From positions 1 through 16,383 of the forward strand of contig JANRJP010000071.1 in assembly GCA_033763905.1 (NCBI GenBank): DNA of 16,383 bases, in the 5' to 3' direction. This document shows positions 1 through 7,663 of this stretch, one piece after another. A program made the translations under genes and the position numbers. This DNA comes from Gemmatimonadaceae bacterium (lineage in GTDB: Bacteria > Gemmatimonadota > Gemmatimonadetes > Gemmatimonadales > Gemmatimonadaceae). Below the pieces are notes generated by a model. It was given only the letters and a program-made list of their open reading frames with translations. It made no database searches and was not told the DNA's origin. Each line of letters begins with the position of its first letter. Position 1 is the first letter of the stretch.

Positions 1-288
1 GGTGCCCCGGTGGCGATCATCGGCTACCCGCTCGGCACCGAGACCCCGATGGAAGGCTCGGGTACGCGCATCACCGCGCGATCGACGCTCGGCGCCGGCA
101 CCGTGTCCAAGCTGCTGTCGAACATCGTGCAGATCGACGCATTTGCCGGCCAGGGCTCGTCGGGCAGCCCGGTCTTCGATGCGTCCGGTCGGGTGATCGG
201 CGTCGTGTACGGCGGCGCCACGGAGGCGCAGGGCCGCATCGTGTACGCCGTGCCGCTGGCCCGACTGCTCGCCGAACTTCCGAAGTAA
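1..288 (+). CDS. Trypsin-like (S1) serine protease domain protein, 3' part (5'-truncated by window edge)
   Basis: Frame is open from base 1 (GAPVAIIGYPLG...). It contains IGYP, QIDA and the catalytic-Ser motif GSSGSPVFD..GRVIGV typical of trypsin_2/HtrA-like domains. Stop TAA at 286-288; no PDZ domain after the protease domain. Confidence 0.85.
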   Translation, partial: GAPVAIIGYPLGTETPMEGSGTRITARSTLGAGTVSKLLSNIVQIDAFAGQGSSGSPVFDASGRVIGVVYGGATEAQGRIVYAVPLARLLAELPK

Positions 289-293
289 GGGCG

Positions 294-1763
294 CTACGCG
301 GTCCGGCGGCGCGCCGCGAGCCAGCGCGCCACGGCCTGTTGCATCGCGGCGTCTCCGCTCCACGCGCTCAACGTCGGCGCGTCGCCGGGCATTCCCGCCG
401 CGAGCCGCGGATGCGCGAACTGCACCAGCAGCACCGGACGCTGCATCTGCTTCGCCGCCTCCGCGGCCGCACCCACCGCCTTCAGCGCGGCGGCGCCGTG
501 GCGTGGACCCGCCGCATCGGTATCGTCGCCGCCAAAGAGGGCCACCACCACCGTGCCCCGCCCGCCGGGAATGGGGCGCGGCACGTCTCGCGCGCTGATG
601 CCGGCCGCGCGCAGTGCGTCGAACAGCGCGCTGCCGGCGGCGGGTTGATCGGCGTAGACGCCGTCACGCACCACCACGATGTCCATCGGCGCGCGCACCG
701 CCACGTCGGTCCCGCGCGACAGCACCAGGGCGCGATCCGCGAGTGTGGCGCCCCACGCGATGTCGGCGGCCGCCGGCCGCAGGAAGTCGCTCGGCGGCGT
801 GGCCCACTGCGCCCACTTCCGTCGGCGCCGCCGCGCGCGTTCCACGAGGTCGGGATCCAGCTTGCCGTCCGCGATCGCCGCGTCGAGCGCCTCCACCGTC
901 GCGGTGAGGTCGCTCGCCCCGACGAGCAGATCCGCGCCGGCCGCCGCCGCCCGCACTGCCGCACGCGCTTCGCCGATCTCGCGACGCACCCGCGCGTTCT
1001 CGACCACCGTGCTCACCACCAGCCCTTCGAACTGCAGTTCCCCGCGCAGATACTCCTCAACGATCACGCGCGAGGCGTCGGCCGGATCGCCCGACGGATC
1101 GAGCGCGCGCACGCCCACGTGCCCCACGAGCAACGCCGCCACGCCCGCGGCGATCGCCGACGTGAACGGCACGAGATCGACCGACTGCAGTTGCGCCTCG
1201 CTTGCCGTCACTTCGGCCTCGCCCGCCTCGGGATGCTCGGTCACGCGGCCGATCCCCGGAAAATGCCGAGCACAGGCCAACACGCCCTCGGCCTGACACG
1301 CCAGCACCCAATCCGCCACCAGCCGGCTCACGCGCTCCGCGTCACGACCGAACGCCCGCGTACCGATCACCGGCGACCCGGGTGACAGATCGAGATCCGC
1401 GGTCGGCGCCAACAGCCAGTTCACACCGACCGTACGCACTTCGCGCGCAACCAATCGCGCCGCGCGACGCACGGCGTCTTCGTCGTCGAGCATCCCGAGC
1501 GCCGCCAGTGGCGGCAACCCCGTGGCGCCGCCGAAGGTCTGCCCGGCGCCGCGCGCCCCTTCCGCGCCGATCAGCAGCGGCACGCGCGACCGCCGACGCA
1601 CCTCGCGCACCCAGGTGCGGACCGCATCGAGATCGCCCCCATCGAGGACGAAGCCACCGACGCCGACCTCGAGCGCACGCGCCACGAAATCGGCCGCGGG
1701 CGCGAATCCCTCGGTCGGGTGCCACGAGATGCGCGGCACCAGCAGTTCAGCGGTCGTTCTCAC
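294..1763 (-). CDS. Glycoside hydrolase family 3 (NagZ/beta-N-acetylhexosaminidase-like) protein with atypical active-site motifs
   Basis: GH3 N-terminal barrel motifs: GVGGF, PLLIG, GVNWLLAPTADL, IGTRAFG, RHFPG.G, DLVPF, GHV, LRGELQFEGLVVS, AGADLL; short C-terminal alpha/beta domain. Directly downstream of anmK. Start placed at in-frame GTG 1763, 10 nt after the anmK stop, rather than ATG 1835 inside anmK. Confidence 0.85.
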   Translation of the reverse strand: MRTTAELLVPRISWHPTEGFAPAADFVARALEVGVGGFVLDGGDLDAVRTWVREVRRRSRVPLLIGAEGARGAGQTFGGATGLPPLAALGMLDDEDAVRRAARLVAREVRTVGVNWLLAPTADLDLSPGSPVIGTRAFGRDAERVSRLVADWVLACQAEGVLACARHFPGIGRVTEHPEAGEAEVTASEAQLQSVDLVPFTSAIAAGVAALLVGHVGVRALDPSGDPADASRVIVEEYLRGELQFEGLVVSTVVENARVRREIGEARAAVRAAAAGADLLVGASDLTATVEALDAAIADGKLDPDLVERARRRRRKWAQWATPPSDFLRPAAADIAWGATLADRALVLSRGTDVAVRAPMDIVVVRDGVYADQPAAGSALFDALRAAGISARDVPRPIPGGRGTVVVALFGGDDTDAAGPRHGAAALKAVGAAAEAAKQMQRPVLLVQFAHPRLAAGMPGDAPTLSAWSGDAAMQQAVARWLAARRRTA

Positions 1764-1773
1764 GATGCGATCG

Positions 1774-2967
1774 TCAGCCCGGGGTCCGCGAGCCAAGGAT
1801 GCGCGGGCCGCGCGCGCCGGTGGCGCTCGGGACATTGGCGGGAGCGCCGCACAGATGGCGCCAGCCCATCAGCGCGAACGCCACCGCTTCCTTCGCCTCG
1901 CCGTCGTAGAACAGCTCGTCGAAGCGCACCACCCGCCGCGGCGCAAGCAGTGCCGCGAGGCGCTCGCGCAGCACCGGATGCCGCGCTCCACCGCCAGAAA
2001 TCACCACGTCGCCGATCGGCTCGGGCAGAAAACGATCATACGCATCGGCCACCGACGCGGCGGTCAACTCCACCGCCGTGCGCACCGCATCCGCCGGCGT
2101 GGCATCGGGGATCTCCGCGTCCACGTCGGCGGCCAAGCCGCGAGCATACTCGAGCGAGAAGAGCTCGCGGCCCGTGCTCTTGGGCGGCTCGGCGCGGAAG
2201 TACGGTTCGCGCAGTCGCGCCGCCACGACGCCAGGCGCGACGCGCCCGCGCGCGGCGATGTGACCATCCACGTCGAACGACACCGAGGGGTCCGCGCGCC
2301 GGGCGAGCGCATCGATCAACACCACGCCCGGCCCCGTATCGAGCGCGCGAACGCCCTCGAACGCACCGCCCGGCGGGACGATCGTCACGTTGCCGATGCC
2401 GCCCAGGTTCTGCATCGCGCGCCACTGCGTGTCGTGGGCGTAGAGCAGCGCGTCGGCCAAGGACACGAGCGGGGCGCCCTGCCCACCCGCGGCGACGTCC
2501 CGCGAACGGAAATCCGACACCACGGTCAGCCCGAGTCGCTCGGCAATCACCGAGGGATCGCCGATCTGCCACGTGCTGTGGCCGGGCTCGTGCCAGATCG
2601 TCTGCCCGTGACTCGCGACGGCCCACACATCACCGCGCGCGACGCCGGATTCGGCGATCACGGCGGCCGCCGCATCCGCGAGCCATCCGCCGAGGTCAGC
2701 GTGCAGCCGGCAGTACTCCTGCGGCGTGGCCGCGTGCATCGCCCGTTGCAGGCGCTCGCGCGCCGCCTCGGGATACGGCGTGTTCCCGATCCCCAACACC
2801 TCGTGCGCAATGCGACCATCGGGCTGCGCGGCCAAGCGCACCACCGCGCTGCTCACACCATCGAGCGAGGTGCCGCTCATCAGCCCGACGACAATCGCGC
2901 CGCGCGCGGCCTCGTCGGCCGTGCGATGGCCCGTCGGCACCGGATCCGTACTCGCGCGAGGGATCAC
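1774..2967 (-). CDS. anmK: Anhydro-N-acetylmuramic acid kinase
   Basis: GLMSGTSLDG, SHGQT, DFRSRDVAAGGQGAPL, NLGGIGN, DTGPG, PPKSTGRELF, GGGA and KEAVAFA motifs. The GTG start overlaps the murQ stop (GTGA, 2964-2967). Confidence 0.96.
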   Translation of the reverse strand: MIPRASTDPVPTGHRTADEAARGAIVVGLMSGTSLDGVSSAVVRLAAQPDGRIAHEVLGIGNTPYPEAARERLQRAMHAATPQEYCRLHADLGGWLADAAAAVIAESGVARGDVWAVASHGQTIWHEPGHSTWQIGDPSVIAERLGLTVVSDFRSRDVAAGGQGAPLVSLADALLYAHDTQWRAMQNLGGIGNVTIVPPGGAFEGVRALDTGPGVVLIDALARRADPSVSFDVDGHIAARGRVAPGVVAARLREPYFRAEPPKSTGRELFSLEYARGLAADVDAEIPDATPADAVRTAVELTAASVADAYDRFLPEPIGDVVISGGGARHPVLRERLAALLAPRRVVRFDELFYDGEAKEAVAFALMGWRHLCGAPANVPSATGARGPRILGSRTPG

Positions 2968-3881
2968 GACATCACCTCCGGCGGCTCCGCGTCCGGTACC
3001 GCCAGTCGCACGACACCGCCCGCTGCCGCGAGTCGCCGCTCGGCCTCCGCGCGCGAATCCCCCGTCAACCGCATCACGATCGCGAGCTTCACCGAGCCGC
3101 CGGCCTCGGCGAGCGCGGCGCGCGCGTCGTCACGCGTACCGCCGCACACTTCGAGCACGATGCGCTCGCTCCGATCGCGCAGCTTTTCGTTGGTCGCCAT
3201 CAGGTCGACCATCAGGTTGCCCCAGGTCTTGCCGATGCGCACCATCGCGCCCGTCGTCAGGATGTTCAGCACCAGCTTGGTCGCGGTACCGGCCTTGAGC
3301 CGCGTCGATCCCGTGACCGCCTCAGGCCCGGTGAGCACCACGATCGGGAACTGCACGGCCGCGAGCATCTCCGGCGGCGGCGGTGAGCAGGCGACGAGTC
3401 CCGTCGTCGCGCCGAGCGCGCGCGCCCGCGCCAGCGCACCGCGCACGTACGGCGTCGTCCCGGAGGCCGCGATCCCCACGACCACGTCGCGGTCGCTCAC
3501 GCGGTGAGCGTCCATGGCCGCGGCACCATCGTGCGGCCGGTCTTCGGCCCCCTCCTGGGCGCGCGTGAGCGCGGCTTCGCCGCCCGCAATGATGCCGACG
3601 ACCATCTCGGGCGGCGTCCCGAAGGTCGGCGGGCACTCCGCGGCATCGAGCACGCCCAAGCGCCCCGAGGTGCCGGCGCCGCAGTAGAGCAGGCGTCCGC
3701 CAGCGCGGAACGCCTCTTCGATTTCCACCAGCAGGGCGGCGATCGCCGACGACTGCTCGCGCACCGCGCCGGGCACGAGGGCGTCCTCACCGCAGAGCAG
3801 CTCAACCAGGGCCTCCGGGAGGGCGAGGTCGATATCGGCGGTGCGGGGGTTCCGGCGTTCAGTATGCCGAGGGTCGAGCAT
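2964..3881 (-). CDS. murQ: N-acetylmuramic acid 6-phosphate etherase
   Basis: TERRNP, GAGTSGRLGVLDAAECPPTFG, EGAED, GIAASGTTPYV, GPEAVTGSTRLKAGTATKLVLN and GNLMVD motifs. Start placed at ATG 3881 (MLDPRHTERRNP) because the upstream extension to 3938 runs through the putative promoter region. Confidence 0.97.
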   Translation of the reverse strand: MLDPRHTERRNPRTADIDLALPEALVELLCGEDALVPGAVREQSSAIAALLVEIEEAFRAGGRLLYCGAGTSGRLGVLDAAECPPTFGTPPEMVVGIIAGGEAALTRAQEGAEDRPHDGAAAMDAHRVSDRDVVVGIAASGTTPYVRGALARARALGATTGLVACSPPPPEMLAAVQFPIVVLTGPEAVTGSTRLKAGTATKLVLNILTTGAMVRIGKTWGNLMVDLMATNEKLRDRSERIVLEVCGGTRDDARAALAEAGGSVKLAIVMRLTGDSRAEAERRLAAAGGVVRLAVPDAEPPEVMS

Positions 3882-3944
3882 CGGGTCGCGCAAGGGGACG
3901 GCACGGGTGATTCCGTGCGCAGGGCAAAGTAACTTCACTAGCTA
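3882..3944. promoter_or_regulatory. Divergent murQ/ggt promoter region with overlapping -10-like hexamers and short inverted repeats
   Basis: 63-bp intergenic region with a local AT-rich patch. TAACTT (+, 3930-3935) overlaps TACTTT (-, 3931-3926). Inverted repeat GCACGG-N6-CCGTGC at 3901-3918. No good -35 elements. Confidence 0.5.
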
Positions 3945-5753
3945 ATGGACGGACTGTCTGGCTTCGGGGCCCTGCGGGGCCGAGGAACGCGCTGGGCGCT
4001 GGTCGCGCTCGCGCTGGTGGTGGCGGCCTGCGGTCGCGGCACTGCGCCGGCAGGGCCCCCTGCCCCGGCTCGCGCGGTCGCGACCGGCAAGGATTCCGGG
4101 AATCGCGAGCTTCGCGAGTTCACCACCGCGGACTGGCGTTGGCGCGATGGCGCCACCGTGGCTCGCGGCCGTCGCGGGATGGTCACGAGCAACGAGCCGA
4201 TTGCGTCGCGGGTTGGGCTCGACATCCTGCGCGCGGGCGGCAATGCGGTGGATGCGGCCGTGGCCGTCGGCTTTGCGCTCGCCGTGACGTATCCCGAGGC
4301 GGGGAACCTCGGGGGCGGCGGCTTTATGCTGATTCGTCTCGCCGACGGTCGCACGGCCGCCTTTGATTTCCGCGAAATGGCGCCCGCCGCCGCGACGCGC
4401 GAGATGTTCATCGGCACCGACGGCAAGCCAACCGATGGTTCCCGCGTGGGCCATCGCGCCAGCGGTGTACCCGGCAGTGTGGCCGGCCTCTGGGCCGCGC
4501 ATCGCGCGCACGGCAAGCTGCCGTGGATCGAGGTCGTGGCCCCTGCCCTGGCGCTCGCCCGCGACGGATTCGTGGTGGATTCGTCACTGCACGCGGCGCT
4601 CAACGGGGCACGAGGCCTGATCTCGCGCTTCGCCGGGCGTGACGTCTTCTTCCCCGGTGGTCAGGCGCTTGCCGTCGGGACCGTCCTTCGGCAACCGGCG
4701 CTCGCGAATACGCTCGCCCGCATCGCCGAGAAGGGCGCCGACGGCTTCTACCGGGGGCCGACCGCCGAGGGCATCGCCGCCGAAATGCGGCGCGGCGGCG
4801 GCTTGATCACGACAACGGATCTCGCCGCGTATCGCGTCCGCGAGCGCGAAGTCCTGCGCGGTTCGTACCGCGGCCACACCATTCTGGCGATGCCGCCGGT
4901 CTCCTCCGGCGGCATCGCGGTGATCGAAGCGCTGAACATCCTCGAGACGTGGCCGACGCTGGCGCCCCCGGGCACTGCCGCGCAGGCGCATCAGCTCGGC
5001 TCGGCGCTTCAACTGGCGTTCATCGACCGCAACGCCAAGGTCGGCGACCCCGACGTCGTGCCGGTGCCGATTGCCGAGCTCACGAGCAAGAGCTACGCGC
5101 GGGCGCTGCGGTCGCGTCTCTCGGAAGAGCACGCCACGCCGACGCCGGTGGCGACGCCGACGCGCAAGGACAGTCCGGAGACCACGCATTACAACGTGGT
5201 TGATGGCGATGGCAACGCCGTGGTGACCACGACGACGATCAACGATCTGTTCGGTTCCGGCGTGTACGTCCCCGAGGTCGGCATCTTCCTCAACGACGAG
5301 ATGGACGACTTCGCCGCGCGTCCCGGGGTGCCGAACGCGTACGGACTCGTGCAGGGTGAAGCCAACGCCATTGCCCCGGGCAAGCGGATGCTGTCGTCGA
5401 TGACGCCCACGATGGTGCTGGGGCCCGATGGTGCGCCGCTGATGCTGGTCGGCGCCCGCGGTGGTGCGCTGATCATTTCGGCGGTGCTGCAGCTGATCGT
5501 GAACGTCGTGGATCACCGGATGCCGCTCAGTCAGGCGATCGCCGCACCGCGCTGGCATCACCAGGGTCTGCCCGACGTGCTGCGCTACGAAGCGGGCGGC
5601 GTACCGCCCACGGTGCTCGACGAACTGCGACGCATGGGCTGGACGGTCGAGCCCGGCGGCACGGGCCGCAGCACGGTGATCGTTCGTGACCCGTCCGGTG
5701 GGTGGATCGGCGCCGTCGATCCGCGGCGCGAAGGGCTCGCGATCGGGTGGTAG
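3945..5753 (+). CDS. ggt: Gamma-glutamyltransferase (glutathione hydrolase), predicted lipoprotein
   Basis: GGNAVDAAVA, NLGGGGF, DFRE and GVPG motifs; autocleavage nucleophile E|TTHYNVVD; TIN..FGSG, NDEMDDF, lid loop PNAYGL, PGKRMLSSMTP, GARGG and DPRR. N-terminal hydrophobic stretch ending in lipobox VAAC. Confidence 0.96.
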   Translation: MDGLSGFGALRGRGTRWALVALALVVAACGRGTAPAGPPAPARAVATGKDSGNRELREFTTADWRWRDGATVARGRRGMVTSNEPIASRVGLDILRAGGNAVDAAVAVGFALAVTYPEAGNLGGGGFMLIRLADGRTAAFDFREMAPAAATREMFIGTDGKPTDGSRVGHRASGVPGSVAGLWAAHRAHGKLPWIEVVAPALALARDGFVVDSSLHAALNGARGLISRFAGRDVFFPGGQALAVGTVLRQPALANTLARIAEKGADGFYRGPTAEGIAAEMRRGGGLITTTDLAAYRVREREVLRGSYRGHTILAMPPVSSGGIAVIEALNILETWPTLAPPGTAAQAHQLGSALQLAFIDRNAKVGDPDVVPVPIAELTSKSYARALRSRLSEEHATPTPVATPTRKDSPETTHYNVVDGDGNAVVTTTTINDLFGSGVYVPEVGIFLNDEMDDFAARPGVPNAYGLVQGEANAIAPGKRMLSSMTPTMVLGPDGAPLMLVGARGGALIISAVLQLIVNVVDHRMPLSQAIAAPRWHHQGLPDVLRYEAGGVPPTVLDELRRMGWTVEPGGTGRSTVIVRDPSGGWIGAVDPRREGLAIGW

Positions 5754-7663
5754 CCCCTCTCGCATCCGGCGCGGCGCGGCCGTCGGACCCGCCGCGTCCG
5801 CGCGGGTGGCGGACGCTCTGGCGACTGGTGCCGTATCTCGCGCGCTATCGTCGCAAGCTGTTCGTCGGACTGATTGCGGTCGCGGCGAGTGCCACGCTGG
5901 GTTCGGCCGGTCCGTGGTTCCTGCGGAGCGCGATCGACGCGATGCGCGCGGGCGCACCGGCGCGCGAGATCTGGTGGCTCGGCGCGGGAATGATCGGGGT
6001 CGCCGCCGGTGCCGGCGTCCTGCGCTTTGCGATGCGCGATCTGCTCAACGGCTTGAGCCGCGAAGTCGAGTACGACCTGCGCAATGACTGCTTTGCCGCG
6101 CTCACGCGACTCGATGCGGCGTGGTTCAGCCGGATGCGTACCGGCGACATTATGGCGCGCCTCACGAATGATCTCGGCGCCGTCCGGATGGCCGCCGGCC
6201 CCGCGATTATGTACTTCACGAACACCATCGTCGGCAGCATCGTCGTGTTGAGCGCGATGGTGCGGCTCGAGCCCTCGCTGACGCTCTATGCGGTGGCGCC
6301 GTTGGTGCTGCTCCCGCTGCTGATGGCGCGCATCGGCGGTGCCGTCCACGACCGCTCGGAGGCGGCGCAGGAGCACTTCTCGACGATGACCGCGATGGTG
6401 CAGGAGAACCTGAGCGGCACCCGCATCGTGCGCGCGTTTCGCCAGGAACGCGCCGAGGTCGCGCGCTTCGGCGCGCTGAGCGAGGAGTATGTGCGGCGCA
6501 ACCTCGCCCTCGCGCGCTTGCAGGGTCTGCTCAACCCCTCGCTGGGCCTGCTCGCAGGGACCGGCGCGGTCATCGTGCTGTTGGTCGGCGGCGGTCGCGT
6601 GCTCGATGGGCGAATGACCGTCGGGACGTTCGTCGCGTATGGGTTGTTCCTCACGATGCTCACGTGGCCGCTGATTGCGCTGGGCTGGGTCACCAACCTG
6701 TTCCAGCGCGGCGCGGCGTCGATGGGACGGCTGCTCGACGTGCTCGACGCCGTACCGACCGTGACATCACCGGCGGCGCCGGCAACGCTGGGGCCGCGGA
6801 CGCGCGGCGGTCGCCGCTTGGAATTTCGCAACGTGGGCGTGCGGCACCCGGCCGCCAACGCCGACGGACGCTGGCTGCTGCGCGGCGCGAGCTTCGTGAT
6901 CGACGCCGGCCAGACGCTGGGCATCGTGGGCGCGACCGGCAGTGGCAAGAGCACCCTCCTGGACCTGATCCCCCGTCTCCGCGATCCCGACGAGGGCGAG
7001 ATTTTGCTCGACGGCGTGCCGCTGCAGGCGCTGTCGCTCGACGCCCTGCGCCGCGAGTTGGGCTACGTGCCGCAGGAATCGCTGCTCTTCAGTGAAAGCA
7101 TCCGGGCCAACCTCACCTACGGACTGGATGTCGTCGCCGAGGACGCCGATCTGGCGTCTCCAGCGGGTGCGCGGGCCTTCGAGCAGGCCGTACGGGCCGC
7201 CGAGACCGCGCAGCTCGACGAGGCCATTCGCGGCTTCGCGGATGGCTACGGTACGATGCTCGGCGAACGGGGCATCAACCTGTCGGGGGGCCAGAAGCAG
7301 CGGGCCGCCATTGCGCGGGCGCTGGCCCGCGATCCCGCGGTGGTGCTGCTCGACGACGCGCTGTCGGCGGTGGATACCCACACCGAGGCGGCGATTCTGG
7401 CGGCGCTGCGCGGCGCGCTGGCGCAGCGCACAGCGCTGATTGCATCGCACCGCGCGAGCGCCATCCGCGACGCCGACTGGATCATCGTCCTCGACGAAGG
7501 GCGCATTGTCGAGCAAGGGCGGCACGAGACCTTGTGGGAGGCGCGGGGACGGTACTGGACCCTGCTCGCCCGCCAGCTGATGGATGCCGACATCGAGGCA
7601 GTGGGTAACGCCTTGGCCTCGGCCGGAACTTCCGAGGCGGCTTCGCGTATTGCCACGTCGTGA
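5747..7663 (+). CDS. ABC exporter, fused permease/ATP-binding subunit (MdlA/YheI-like half transporter)
   Basis: Transmembrane domain with RTGDIMARLTND and QENLSGTRIVRAF; Walker A GATGSGKS, Q-loop YVPQE, signature LSGGQKQR, Walker B/D-loop LLDDALSAVD, H-loop SHR. Start placed at GTG 5747, overlapping the ggt stop, with GAAGGG upstream; the exact start is uncertain. Confidence 0.92.
   Translation: MVAPLASGAARPSDPPRPRGWRTLWRLVPYLARYRRKLFVGLIAVAASATLGSAGPWFLRSAIDAMRAGAPAREIWWLGAGMIGVAAGAGVLRFAMRDLLNGLSREVEYDLRNDCFAALTRLDAAWFSRMRTGDIMARLTNDLGAVRMAAGPAIMYFTNTIVGSIVVLSAMVRLEPSLTLYAVAPLVLLPLLMARIGGAVHDRSEAAQEHFSTMTAMVQENLSGTRIVRAFRQERAEVARFGALSEEYVRRNLALARLQGLLNPSLGLLAGTGAVIVLLVGGGRVLDGRMTVGTFVAYGLFLTMLTWPLIALGWVTNLFQRGAASMGRLLDVLDAVPTVTSPAAPATLGPRTRGGRRLEFRNVGVRHPAANADGRWLLRGASFVIDAGQTLGIVGATGSGKSTLLDLIPRLRDPDEGEILLDGVPLQALSLDALRRELGYVPQESLLFSESIRANLTYGLDVVAEDADLASPAGARAFEQAVRAAETAQLDEAIRGFADGYGTMLGERGINLSGGQKQRAAIARALARDPAVVLLDDALSAVDTHTEAAILAALRGALAQRTALIASHRASAIRDADWIIVLDEGRIVEQGRHETLWEARGRYWTLLARQLMDADIEAVGNALASAGTSEAASRIATS

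Noticed and set aside
289..293. Terminator between the convergent protease and GH3 genes
   Set aside because: The gap is only 5 nt and there is no convincing hairpin with a U-tract.
1522..3507. Long + strand ORFs (661 aa, 555 aa) opposite anmK/murQ
   Set aside because: Shadow ORFs of high-GC coding DNA: Arg/Ala/Pro-rich, no motifs, fully antisense to well-supported genes.
5131..5163. Short imperfect repeat encoding ATPTPVATPT
   Set aside because: Low-complexity linker just before the GGT autocleavage site; only two units, not an array.
3945..5753. GGT as a CapD-like poly-gamma-D-glutamate or other atypical enzyme
   Set aside because: The canonical gamma-glutamyl binding residues (DFRE Arg, TxN, EMDD, SS, GG) and the Tyr-bearing lid loop are all present, so it looks like a standard GGT.
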